Positions 49,692 through 60,937 of a DNA stretch of 64,000 bases are shown one piece after another. Within the stretch, counting starts at the first letter, position 1. Each line of letters starts with the position of its first letter. The stretch is from Rhodosorus marinus CCMP1338 (taxonomy: Eukaryota > Plantae > Rhodophyta). Position numbers and translations under genes: made by a program. The DNA is taken from contig JAMWBK010000010.1 of the NCBI GenBank assembly GCA_029953675.1, positions 558,001 to 622,000 on the forward strand, written 5' to 3'. A model generated the notes under the pieces. That model had not been told where the DNA came from. It made no database searches and worked only from the letters and a program-made list of their open reading frames with translations.

Positions 49692-50396
49692 ATGGCTGGA
49701 ACATCCATGCAACGTGTAAATTTTACAAGCGAGGATAGTATAAACTTGGAAGCCAAGTTTTATTATGATCGTAAACCTCTGGTGGCTGATGGACGGCGCA
49801 GCTGCGTGCTGGTTGTGCATCCACACCCCAAGCTTGGCGGAACCTGTGACAACCCAGTAGTGGTGGAGATGGCCCTAAGCATGGTAAAGGAGGGTGGGCT
49901 GGGTATGTGTTTGAATTTGCGTGGTGTGGGCAGGTCCGGAGGGAGTTCGTCATGGAGAGGAGACAACGAGGTCAAAGATGTGATAGCGGCAGTGAAATAT
50001 CTGAAAGAAAGGGATGACGTTGGGTCTGTGTATCTCGTGGGGTACTCATTCGGAGCTTGCGTCGCAACGACTGCGATGCTATCGCTTCGCGACTCAGTCG
50101 ACGGATTTTCTCTGCTGTCACCCCCGTGGGGGAGAATTAGCTCGATAATACTCGGACACCATTTCAAGAACGAGTCTCAAACAGGACAAATCCCGAAGAT
50201 GGTAGTCGCCGGAACAGATGATATTTTCTCGTCCGAAGGGGCTTTCAAAAAGCACTTCGAAGCCCTTCCTGAGCCGAAGACTAAACTGGTCGTGAATCGA
50301 GCTTCTCACTTCTGGGTCAACGAAGAACAGAAAGCTACCACACCGATCGCAAAGTTCTTCTCCAGTCTGGAGGCGGCTCGCGATGAGAAAAGATGA
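49692..50396 (+). CDS. Alpha/beta-fold hydrolase, bacterial-like family
   Basis: HPHPKLGGTCDNPVV, NLRGVGRSGG, nucleophile GYSFG, GTDD acid and ASHFW His. Intronless. Confidence 0.9.
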   Translation: MAGTSMQRVNFTSEDSINLEAKFYYDRKPLVADGRRSCVLVVHPHPKLGGTCDNPVVVEMALSMVKEGGLGMCLNLRGVGRSGGSSSWRGDNEVKDVIAAVKYLKERDDVGSVYLVGYSFGACVATTAMLSLRDSVDGFSLLSPPWGRISSIILGHHFKNESQTGQIPKMVVAGTDDIFSSEGAFKKHFEALPEPKTKLVVNRASHFWVNEEQKATTPIAKFFSSLEAARDEKR

Positions 50397-51457
50397 CAAA
50401 CTAAATCGAAGGCGAGAGCAATCGACTACATCAAAACCAGTACAAATCACGCGAGCGTTGGAGGAGTGGCGAGAATTCGATCCTGCCATAAATTCTCTGA
50501 AGCACCATCCAAAAGATCAACGTACCTGGGTTCACGACCTTGAGGACTGTGTAATTAATAACCTCTGGCAATACCTCCTTTTCTAAATATTTTCTATTGC
50601 TGTACCTTCCTCCCAACCAGATCAACAGACACAGGTCCAGGTCCACCTAAGCAGTGGTCCGGAACCTCTTAACTAGATCGAAGGTGGTAAAGCAGACTTA
50701 CTAAACCGACACCAGTACTGCCAGAACTAGACCCCTCTCTTCGCTAATGTACCCGCTGGGATTAGGTGTAGTATCGGTTCTTGCATCAGCTCGATGGTTT
50801 GCCGAGTTTAGTTCACTGAAAAACTAGCAACCCGGGGGTGGGCGTCGGAGGACATGGAAAGGTGTTTGCGCTACCCCCAGGTCTCCTTCTAACCACCAAT
50901 CTTCCCGCAAAAAAGGAGAAAAACACAGTCATAATACTCGCAAGAAGAAGGTTGATTGAGTCAGAGATCCTTCCGCGGCTCTCCGTCTGGTCAGCAGAAA
51001 TACGTCAATACAAGGCCTGGCATAGCAGAACTTTGTCGACTATGCTAACTCTGGGATGCCATTCCCACGCCCACCCCGCTCAGCCAGAAGTCATTTAACT
51101 ACCAGGTCTTCGTCGTTGCGTATGATACCTGTCATCCCGCGTTGGTTCATGAACACTTCAGCTGTTTGTTCACTCGTCAGAATATTCCAGCAGGTCCTGT
51201 AACTTTCTCCGTCCCTCCCATGGATGTGACAAAAATTTCATGTATCCAAGTGCTCAGTTGGCACCGTGCCTCCTTCCCAAGGGAGCTCGTCGTGCGTGCC
51301 CTCTTTTTCCATTTATAGCGAAGGAGGCCATCAGCAGGGGACCTCAGGCTGGAAGAGGGATACTCTCTTGGAAAAGCAAATTTGTCTCTTTGTGCACGAA
51401 AAGTTGTGGTTTGAGAAGGTGAACTTGCGGGCCAAGAGCAAAATAACACAAGAACCG

Positions 51458-53090
51458 ATGGGGTTCCTGGTTAATGCGAGCAGTTTTGCGAAATCGCAGG
51501 GCCGTTCGCGTGTAGTACAGGATTGTACACCGTTGGTTGATGCCGTTTCGGAGACGTTTAAGAGAGTACGGGCGCCGTTCTTCTGTCCAGGGCATAAACG
51601 TGGAGTAGGTGCATCTCCGGAGGCCATGGATCTGATCGGACGAACAGCGTTCCAAGCGGATCTGTGTGAACTTCCGGAACTGGACAGTCTGTCCTCACCG
51701 AATGGCGTGATCATGCAGGCGGAGACGGCAGCTGCCAAGGCGTTTGGAGCGAAGCGGACCTTTTTTCTAATTAATGGGTCGACGGCTGGAGTTATCTCAT
51801 CTATTGTCGCTGCCGTTCGGCTGGGGCGGAAGAAGATTGTGCTGCCGAGAAACGCGCACCAGTCCGCTGTGCATGCGCTGGTCGTCTCTGGAGCTGATGG
51901 TGTTTTCCTTCTCCCAGAATACTCAGAAGCCGAAGATGTTCTACACGGAGTTACTCCAGATGCGGTAAAAAAAGCGCTTGAGGAGAACTCCGATGAAATT
52001 GCAGCCGTGTTCATCGTCTCACCAACGTATCACGGCGTCACCAGCGACATAGCTGCCATTGCAGACATAGCGCACCAACACGGCGCTCTACTGATCGTAG
52101 ACGAAGCTCACGGGGCCCATAGCAGCTTCCACGAGAAGCTGCCAACTCCAGCTCTGGAACTGAACGCTGACGTGGTAGTACAGTCGACTCACAAGACGCT
52201 CGGATCACTAACCCAGTCGGCAATGATGCACTTGGGAAAACAATGCTCGCTTCACGACGCAGATATCCACTCCGCGCTCTCGCTCGTTCAGTCCACCTCC
52301 CCATCATATCTACTGCTTTCGTCATTGGATGCTGCGAGAGCATACGCTGCCAAAGAAGGCCCAACCATCTACGATAATGTTGTTAGATTGGCTCAAGATG
52401 CCAGGAGGTAAAGAGACCCGAGCATGACAGAGAGGATCACGACAGATAGCTCCGAAAGCGATTTCGGATTAGCAGCTGAACTTGAGCTTCTTTCCGCTGT
52501 CATTTGACAGGAGGATTAACGACATTGAAGGATTATCAATACTAGAGAAGCCAGAGTCGATGAGTGAGATCGACCCGACGAGACTGACTGTCTGTCTCGG
52601 TGAGCTGACTGGCAGCGGATTTGATGTAGACGAGTTCCTGTGCGAAAAGCACGGAGTCTATGCCGAGCTCCCTTCGTTCAGGCACATAACTTTTATTCTG
52701 AGCATCGGCACGTCCGAGGAGGACGTCGAAAGACTCGTTAGTGGATTCGAGTCCGTGGCGTCACACTTTCGCAGACCTGAGGGTGATCAAGGTCTAAACG
52801 TGAGTGCACTTGTTCCGCAGACGCCCGCGTTCGGAGAGCCGGTGATCTCCGCACGTGATGCGTTCTTCAAGATGAACGAGCAGGTGTCACTTGATGACGC
52901 CGTGGGACGGATCTGTGCTTCGCCAGTTTGTCCGTATCCGCCAGGGATCCCAGTGCTCCTTCCGGGTGAGAAAGTTTCAGCAGAGTGCGTCGACTATTTG
53001 AAGTTGGTTTTGGAAGTTGGCGGCTCCGTGACAGGTGCACAAGGAGACATCATTAGCTGCCTTATCCTTGAAGGTATGGGAAAACCGTAG
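51458..53090 (+). CDS. Class I PLP-dependent Orn/Lys/Arg decarboxylase, probably plastid-targeted; intron 52408-52510
   Basis: PGHK, FLINGST, RNAHQS, DEAHG, QSTHK (PLP lysine), STSPSY and PYPPGIP. ATG 51458 begins MGFLV. Confidence 0.92.
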
Positions 53091-53689
53091 GTGTTCTCTT
53101 CAACTTTCAGTGAATCCGTATGAACTGAGTGTTGTTTTCGTCATCAAGGCAACGAATAGATTTGAAACGAGTTACAAGTGCGCATAGGTAGAGTTACAGG
53201 CGACCCGGCGACAAACTAGCACGTAAGCGAAACGCACCGCCTTGACTAAAGTAAACAGGATATAATCGATTCTTCCCCCCGCACAATGCTCAACTTTCAA
53301 CCGAGGATAGTCACCAGGATGGTCTTCGAGCCGTTCAAGGGCTTTGCCATGAGCTTCGAACGAAGCCTTTCCTGAAGGGAATGGATCGACCGACTTTCAA
53401 GGCAAAAAATAATAAAGCTGCCTCCTGCTCTACGTCTCTCGCACTTGGGCGCGCTTCACATTTTGCGGCCGTGTCGTGGAGCTCACTCCAATCTCTCTAC
53501 CACGGAGACCCTCGGAAGCTCCAATATAAGTTAAATCTGTCTGTTGTGGACCCGCTTCAAAACTGTAATGAACAGTCGAACCACCGCCTGATCTGGAGAC
53601 CATGCCAAGGTGAGAGCCCCTGAGATGGTCGCGAAGAGTACAAATTGAAAGAATCGAGCACCGCCCTGAGCTTCTTCCACGAATATCCC

Positions 53690-55282
53690 TCAATTCTTCC
53701 ATAACTTCATGGTGTGTAGCATTCTGTCCCCCTCGGGCCGTTTAGATACCTCGAGGAGTGCTTTGCTGAGAGCGTCGGATGGCAGTCTACTTGCTATCCA
53801 TTCGTCCACCGAGATGTTCTCGAAATTCTCAACAACGTAGTCCATGCAAGATTCCCTGAGGAACTCCAGTTTGAGCCTCCGCGCCTGCTCCAGTCGCTTT
53901 CCAACCGACTCCTGTGAAATCGACACAACAGCTACTTCTTTGCAGTGCTCTTTCAGGTACGTACTACCATGCCGATCCGCAAGCGGTATCATCTCTATAC
54001 AAACGTCTTCGAGATGTGGCAATCTACCAGTATATAAATATTGCAGAAACTCCAGCAATAGCTCCCTGGATACACCGCCAACCTTGAGGTTGGTAACGCC
54101 GTCCTTCTCTATCCCATTGGAAAGGACGGACCTGAAATAGAGCGAGCGAGCGGCTAGAACGAATCCGTGTGCGGAAATTGTTGAATCATCGTCACAAACA
54201 AGCTTCACATCTGACATTGACTCATTGTCAACCATCTTCTCCAGTTCAGACACCAGTGAGGACAGGCTTTTTAGCTCTTCGTGCTCAATGCTGTGAGCAG
54301 TACCAAGCTGATACGAATATAAATCGTTCATCAGACCTCCGTCGGCGCCTCCAAATATATACATTTTGCCCGAAACAACCATGGCACCGTGGTAGGAACG
54401 ACCTCTTGGGGCAAAGCCATCGTCCGTAACTGGATACTGCACTTCAACGTAGCCGGTTTCGGTGTCACAAACTACCACATCGTTGAGGTACTTCCCATTG
54501 AAACCTCCGAAAATATACAGTTGTTTGCCAAAGGCTACTAAGGAGTGGCCTCGGCGGGCGAATCTACGTCCGAAATAGAGCCGAGCTACCCTTCCCGCTT
54601 GATCCATCTGCATAAGATCGAACAGGTACTTTCCATTGTATTCACCACCTACGATGTATATGTGCTTGTCAATCGATACGGCTGCATGACCACGACGAGG
54701 AAGCTCCGATGAATCTTCCAGTGCTGTAACTCTCCCCGTTTCCACATCGATCTTGAACGGTTGCCACAAGTATCCAGCCTCGTTTACACCGCCAAAGACA
54801 TACAGACTGCCATCCAGGAGACTCGCCGCGTGCGAACATCGGCGAGTCGCGACCGAAACGTCACCAGACAGCTTCATACGGGTCCATCTGGGGCTTATGG
54901 TGCTTAAGAAAAGCACATAAAGGACATCTCCATGGTACGACGTGCCATCGAATCCACCAAAAACGTAGAACAGGCCTTTCCTGCTGTCGAAGGTTCCGGA
55001 AAACCCGAAACAAGCTGGCGGCGGATCTCCATCTGGACGATCGGAGTTCCAATACTGCTCTTGTACGTCTAAGCGGTAGGTATCATTCAGGTAGCTGTTT
55101 CCTTCCCCACCATACATCCAGAAGGAGTCGCCATCCTGGTACCCGTACAGGACGCAGGACCTCCTCCTCGACGGAAATTCGGCGTCTTCTTTAACAGAAA
55201 ATTTATTCTCGCTCCACATACGAGTATGGTCGTAACGTAAATTCTTCAGCCTGTTCCATCGAGTAGTATCAATGACATCCAT
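53690..55282 (-). CDS. Kelch-repeat + C-terminal BTB/POZ protein (paralogue A)
   Basis: Repeated YxFGG/GG Kelch motifs and RRGH; SDVKLVCDD..ISAHGFVLAARSLYF BTB. Confidence 0.9.
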   Translation of the reverse strand: MDVIDTTRWNRLKNLRYDHTRMWSENKFSVKEDAEFPSRRRSCVLYGYQDGDSFWMYGGEGNSYLNDTYRLDVQEQYWNSDRPDGDPPPACFGFSGTFDSRKGLFYVFGGFDGTSYHGDVLYVLFLSTISPRWTRMKLSGDVSVATRRCSHAASLLDGSLYVFGGVNEAGYLWQPFKIDVETGRVTALEDSSELPRRGHAAVSIDKHIYIVGGEYNGKYLFDLMQMDQAGRVARLYFGRRFARRGHSLVAFGKQLYIFGGFNGKYLNDVVVCDTETGYVEVQYPVTDDGFAPRGRSYHGAMVVSGKMYIFGGADGGLMNDLYSYQLGTAHSIEHEELKSLSSLVSELEKMVDNESMSDVKLVCDDDSTISAHGFVLAARSLYFRSVLSNGIEKDGVTNLKVGGVSRELLLEFLQYLYTGRLPHLEDVCIEMIPLADRHGSTYLKEHCKEVAVVSISQESVGKRLEQARRLKLEFLRESCMDYVVENFENISVDEWIASRLPSDALSKALLEVSKRPEGDRMLHTMKLWKN

Positions 55283-56123
55283 TCTTGTCTAAACCTTTGT
55301 CCGGGCACAGCCCCCTCCTGCCTCAATCCCGTCGGTCGCCTACCCCAAACGAAAACCCTAGTTTAGATAGTCATTATTTATTTGCCTTTTAATTTATATT
55401 GTCCAATTAACATCCATGGGAAACCATAAAGCTTAATAATTGGCCTTAGCTTAACCGAATTTACCAACTAAGAATTGTAATTGGATAGAATAAAAATTTG
55501 GGGAATAATAATTGGATTAATCGTTTTAGGGCACGCGCTCTTTCGTAGCCTCAACCGTGACTGGCGAGCATCGCTAGTTGAACACAAGGCTTGGAAAAGT
55601 TGTATGAAATAACAGATGGATGTAAATCGTTTCGAACCAGCCCGCAGATGAGATACAAGAGCTCCCTCAGCTGATCTTCCGAGGGGCGATGTGGCTCGGG
55701 GCTTTCCTCTCGGATCTGATTCGGCTCTTTGGCTATTTAGAGAAGTCGCTATCTTGAAGATCGTGGTGGACACAGTCTCAAGCGGCTCATGCATACCGCT
55801 GGCGAGAGTTCATCGTCTGTACGGGGCTGTCCACTGGCAGGGATTTGCCCTCTGACACTACGGCTCTGCGGTTCTGCTGCGGGGGTCCTGGGCGTCAGCG
55901 ACCCCGCACGTCGATGCTCACGGCATTCCTTCTGATCCCGGTCGTTCACAGGCATTAATTCTAATCTCGAACGTTGCAAGGGTTCACCTCCGGGAGTCTG
56001 ACCAGCCTTTCTTTTTGTTTGAATAACGCATCCGAAGTTCAGCAGAAGGCCGATGATGCTGTTCCGATGATGTGATAATGTCCTAATTAGTAATTTAGTA
56101 CAGATTTCAAGTCTGAGTACAAG

Positions 56124-57707
56124 TTAAGAGTTGGAAGAAGGCCCTGCCTCCGTCTGAGGACGCCTCCTGAGCACTTCGTCCTGGACCTCGTTTAAAATAC
56201 TTTGGGGAAGTTCTGCGATAACTTCTTCATTGACGAGCAGATTATCGTATCTCTCAATTATGTAGTCCACGCAGGCGTCCCTTAGAAAATCAAGGTCGAA
56301 ATATTCTGCCTGTTCCAGCCTTTTTCGCAGCGTGGAAGTACCAATACTTGAAACAGCTCCCATTTTACAGTGTTCCAGGAGCTCAATTGTTCCGTGCAGG
56401 TCCGCAAGGTCCATCAGTTCAATCGTAGTGTCCAATGTTTCACGCTTTGTAGGTAAACGGCCACTGTACAAGTAAGTCACGAATTCTAAGAGAGCCTTCC
56501 TTGAAACCCCTGGTACCTTGACTTCGGCTGCCACAGACTCTTTCATTCGACTTGAAAACATTCTGGCAAAGTACGGCGATCGAAGCGAAAGCATAAATCG
56601 ATGACCGAAGACTCTTGAGCCATCGTCACAGGCAAGCTTAACGTCTGAGAGCACCTCGCTGTCTACCATCCTCGCAAAATCGAGCCCGAGCAAGCTCAAG
56701 CTTCGTACTTGCTCCTTGCCATCGGATGCCGACTCTCGAATCTCGTAGAAATACAAATCGCTCAGTTGCTCTTCGTTTGCACCTGCAAAAACGTAGATCC
56801 CGTTCTCTACTATTGCTGCTCCGTGGTGAATGCGACCGCTTGGGGCGGATCCACCGTCCGTACATGGATATTGAACTTCGATATAACCAGTGTTCAAGTC
56901 ACAAAGGACCACGTCGTTGAGGTATTCGCCGTTGAAGCCACCAAACACGTAGAGCTTTTCTCCATACGCAAGAAGCGAGTGTCCTTGACGGGCGAACCTC
57001 TGACCGCTATAGAAACGTGTAATTGTACCCGAGAAATCCATTTGCATCAGGTCAAAGAAGTGATCACCTTCGTTCTCTCCTCCAACGATATAAATGTGTT
57101 CCCCGACAGTCACGGCATCATGACCGCGGCGTGCAAGCCCCGGGCAATCATCGAGAGCAGTTGTAGCTCCGGACACTAGGTCGATACGGAAAGGCCGCCA
57201 AAAATATCCCTCCGCGTTGACCCCACCGAAGATGAAAAGATGGCCGTCCAGAAGAGCAGCGCTGTGCGAGCAGCGGAACAAATCAACGAACACATCTCCA
57301 GAAAGAGCTAAACTGCTCCAAGAGTACTTGTTTGCAACACTCACGTCGAGAACATAAACTAGTCCTCCAAGGTACTCCTCTCCGTCAAAGCCGCCGTAAA
57401 CGTACAGCTTTCCTTTCTCCGCGTCGTAGGTTCCTGAAAACCCAAAGCACGAGGGTGGTGGATCACCCTCGACCGTAGCAACCTCTGACCAACCAACCTG
57501 TTCATTAAATATGCACAAATCGTTCAGGTAGTCGTCCTTGCCTTCCCCTCCGTAAGCATGTAACGACTGGGAATCTTCGTGCCAAAACACGGAGGGTCCC
57601 CATCTCCTCGATGGAAACGACCCAACATCGTCACTTCGTTCGCTCCTGACCCTACCAGATCGTCGATTATCAAGTTGCTTCCATCGTGTGCTATCAAAGA
57701 AATCCAT
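56124..57707 (-). CDS. Kelch-repeat + C-terminal BTB/POZ protein (paralogue B)
   Basis: Collinear with paralogue A throughout (e.g. PPSCFGFSGT, FGGFNGEYLNDVV); SDVKLACDD..VFGHRFMLSLRSPYF BTB. Confidence 0.9.
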   Translation of the reverse strand: MDFFDSTRWKQLDNRRSGRVRSERSDDVGSFPSRRWGPSVFWHEDSQSLHAYGGEGKDDYLNDLCIFNEQVGWSEVATVEGDPPPSCFGFSGTYDAEKGKLYVYGGFDGEEYLGGLVYVLDVSVANKYSWSSLALSGDVFVDLFRCSHSAALLDGHLFIFGGVNAEGYFWRPFRIDLVSGATTALDDCPGLARRGHDAVTVGEHIYIVGGENEGDHFFDLMQMDFSGTITRFYSGQRFARQGHSLLAYGEKLYVFGGFNGEYLNDVVLCDLNTGYIEVQYPCTDGGSAPSGRIHHGAAIVENGIYVFAGANEEQLSDLYFYEIRESASDGKEQVRSLSLLGLDFARMVDSEVLSDVKLACDDGSRVFGHRFMLSLRSPYFARMFSSRMKESVAAEVKVPGVSRKALLEFVTYLYSGRLPTKRETLDTTIELMDLADLHGTIELLEHCKMGAVSSIGTSTLRKRLEQAEYFDLDFLRDACVDYIIERYDNLLVNEEVIAELPQSILNEVQDEVLRRRPQTEAGPSSNS

Positions 57708-57851
57708 CGGGATCTAACGACGCGCTCACACGCGCAGAAGATCCAGTCCTCTTCGAACCCGCCAACGTATCGGGTTCCGCTTCAACCGAACAACGTCTTC
57801 TGCAGCTAGGGCTGCGAAGACGATCTCCGTCTACGTCCTCTGCCACCTGAG

Positions 57852-58240
57852 ATGACAGAGCATCTCAGGTGCCATTTGATGATATGGAGAAGCCGCAGAT
57901 CTCCTTTCAGACAGTTTTCTGGGCGTAAAGCTGATCTGTATGAAGCGTGTCGCGCGGGCGACACTGATGTATTGGCAGCCGGATTGAGAAGCAATCTGAA
58001 CATTTCAAGATGCGAGAAGGTGAGTGGAGAACCGAATTGCGATGTCTCAAAGTACGCGTTATCTTGACTCGCTGGCACGGTCATGTTCACGCAGGGCAAG
58101 TGCTGCCTTTCTTGGATCAGCTATGTCAGCTGGTCAGAACTGTCCGAGCTACTAATTTCCGTGGAAAGAATCCGAAGTTTGTTTCAGAATGAGTTTCCAC
58201 TGACAGGCAATATCCATCCAATAACCAACGCAAATCTGGA
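57852..58240 (+). pseudogene. Short ankyrin-repeat-like gene fragment
   Basis: LYEACRAGDTDVL resembles an ankyrin helix pair. A GTGAG..CAG intron joins it to GKCCLSWISYVSWSELSELLI, and the frame ends soon after, next to the gypsy relic. Confidence 0.3.
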
Positions 58241-58799
58241 GTTCCATTGAAAAATATTTATTAATTTGATTAGAGGTGACATTTTTTGTCTATACTGAAA
58301 ATAATAATTAGATAGAACCCGCGAAACACGTACAATGATTAGTGTAATGGGAAAATCTAAGCGTGTGGATTGGTTGATCGTCGCCGTCCGGAGTCGAAAG
58401 ATTGATTTTAGTTTCAGAGAAATATGTTTGCTTTCAACAAAGCGGTAAGCTACCTTCCCATCGGGATGGGGAAAAGGGAAGCACGTTCAAGGTGGCCCTA
58501 GGTCGGTCAGAAACGTGCACAGTGGCCTTTGAAGTGACCGATTTTCCGATTGGAAAAAAGCGAGTGCGCAACGGAAAATTAATTTTCTATTTTCTGACAT
58601 TCAGCGCCGGGAATAGCTTGTCCGGGGGACAAGCTATTCCCGGGGCTCAAGAGTACCTGGGACCGCCTGGTACGGGACTATTTGGTCCGCCCAAGGGACC
58701 AGCGGGAGCTGATGTCGGCGGGCTTCAAGGCAAGGGCGCTGACGATATTCAACAACGTTGCCACAGAAATCCGGAGGCGGATGCGGCCACGCTGTAGAC

Positions 58800-59696
58800 T
58801 CGTTTGAGAGCACAGCTCTTCAACCACGCGCAAGTATTTTCCAGAGTGGGGGAGATCGGCGGGATCGAGCACCGTAGCAAACTTGTGGACGGAGCCATCC
58901 TGTCCTGTGCTCCTCTGCGAAGGCAGGCTCCGAAGGAGCTTTCGAGGGGAAAAGAATTAGCCCGCCCGGATGCAGAAGTCCTGGAGCCGGCGGGGTCACC
59001 CTGGGCTACATACAATGTAGTAGTGCCCAAGGGAAAGGGAGGATACCGGGTGACTACAATCTTCCGACGTCTGAATTCAGTCACGGAGCCGGATTCCTTC
59101 CCTTTGGAGGCCGCCGGACTGTTTGGTTTGGTTGGGGTCCAGGAGGGTATCTCCGCAATGGATCTAAAAGATATTATTTCTAGGTAAAATTGGCGTGGAC
59201 TCTAGACCTCTGACGGCCGTCAAGACACGAGAGGGCCTGCTCCAGTACACGCGAATGCCGCAAGGGTTGCGAAATTCGCCGGCAACTTTTCAGAGTGTTA
59301 TCAACGAAACCCGAGGAGAGGGTGCGGAAGAACGTCTGCGTGACCTGAGAGAGGTACTCTCATTATTGAAGGCCCGAGGTGTTCGACTCAATTTGGAGAA
59401 GTTCAGATTCGGAAAACGACGTGTCGAGATCCTGGCACATGAGGTGGGTGCGGGAGGGAGTTAGGCCGAATGAAGGACACCTGAAAGCAATACGTGAGTT
59501 ACCGGAGCCCAGTGATGGCGCATCGTTGCTTCGTTTTATCGGCACGTGTCGATTCTTCGAACCTTTTCTACCTGATTTTTCTAGGAGGATACAACCCCTC
59601 TACGAGGTATTGGCCGGAAGTTCGTGGAACAAGCAGAAGCGGAGGAAACAGCAGAAGGTTGTCATCGAACATTTTAGGCCGAGGCTCCCGGCGTGA
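58800..59696 (+). mobile_element. Decayed Ty3/gypsy pol fragment (RT and connection region)
   Basis: SPWA..VVVPKGKGGYRV...FRRLN, MPQGLRNSPATFQ, RLNLEKFRFG. The YxDD segment is missing, and stops and frameshifts are present. Confidence 0.9.
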
Positions 59697-59699
59697 CAG

Positions 59700-60270
59700 A
59701 AGCCACTTCAACGCTGCTGGTCTGTTACGATCTTCACTGGTTCAACAAGCACATACGCACGGAACTTTTTCAGTGTGAGCACAACACCCAAGCACTCTTT
59801 CTCACTCACAGTATATCTAGTTTCGGCTTCTGTGAATTTCCTCGATGGGAGGAAATCGGTCGAAGGTGACCATCCGCAGTCTTCTGCAGTAACACTCACC
59901 TACTCCTACATCACTCGCGTACGACCACCTTGTCTTTCCTCCTGGTGCCACCGATGCCAACACAATCGGATTCGAGAGTTCAGACCGCAAGCTAACAAAT
60001 GCGTACTTCTGCAGCTGAGTCCACTTCTTGCCAAAATGTTCGATGACAACTTTCTGCTGTTTGCTCCGCTTCTTTAGCTGCCCCGAACTTCCGACCAATA
60101 CGTCGTAGAGGGGTTGTATCCTCCTAGACAAATCAGGTAGGAAAGGTTCGAAGATGCCGATAAATCGAAGCAACGATGCGCCTTCATTGGCCTCCGGGAA
60201 CTCACGTATTGCTTTTAGGCGTCCTTCATTCGGCCCAACTCCCTGAAGCACCAAGTCCCTGAGGCCCACC
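59700..60270 (-). mobile_element. Second Ty3/gypsy pol fragment (connection + RNase H), inverted relative to the first
   Basis: PNEGRLKAIREFP..LLRFIG, ASDVGVG, SRKFTEAETRYTVSEKECLGVV..KKFRAY and VTDQ. Confidence 0.9.
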
Positions 60271-60937
60271 TCATACCCGGGATCTTGTTCTGGCTACCTT
60301 CTGCTGCTTGCTCCGCTTCTTGCTCCGCTTCTTGTTCCACGAGAATGCGACTTTGCAGTGAGGGGTGTTTCATCGAAAGTGTTGCGAGTCCGCAAAGTGG
60401 GAAGCTACCGGGATGAGGCAAGGGAAGAACGTTCAGGGGGTTCCTTGGTTAGAAGCATGGCGCAGTGGCTCTTGAAGGGGCCGATTTTCCGAGTGGAGAA
60501 AGCAAGCGCGCAGCAAATAGGTCGGTTTCTTTTGAACTGCACAGTTCACGGCACCCGCGCTATTGCTGCCTAGTTTGGCCTGCCTTTGGCATAGACTGAA
60601 TGGGTTCGATCCCCCCGACCTTTGTCACTAGAGACCTTGTGGAGTGGTTTCACCCTGCGCTGGGTCAAGTTCCCTGAATTTTGCCCTGGTAAGAGGTGGA
60701 CGTTAGCACTTCGTTTAGTGCCTATTCCTGAGATCGCTTCTGACATATTGCACAGCAAGCTGTTCAGCTGGATAAGCGAAGGCGATCTCCTTGGGGATTC
60801 CTAGCTTACAAGGAGCAGACCTCTCCCGGCAGTAGGCCATCAAGCTTTCAACCGCGAACCCAGACTATTTATATAGATAGTTGTTACAGTGACCAAAGTA
60901 CATATTTAGTTACAAATTAGCTCCTCCTCGAGTTCAC

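Noticed and set aside
60602-60612. GGTTCGATCCC B-box/T-loop-like motif with TGGCATAG just upstream
   Set aside because: No cloverleaf, an imperfect T-stem and A/B spacing that is too short; not a tRNA.
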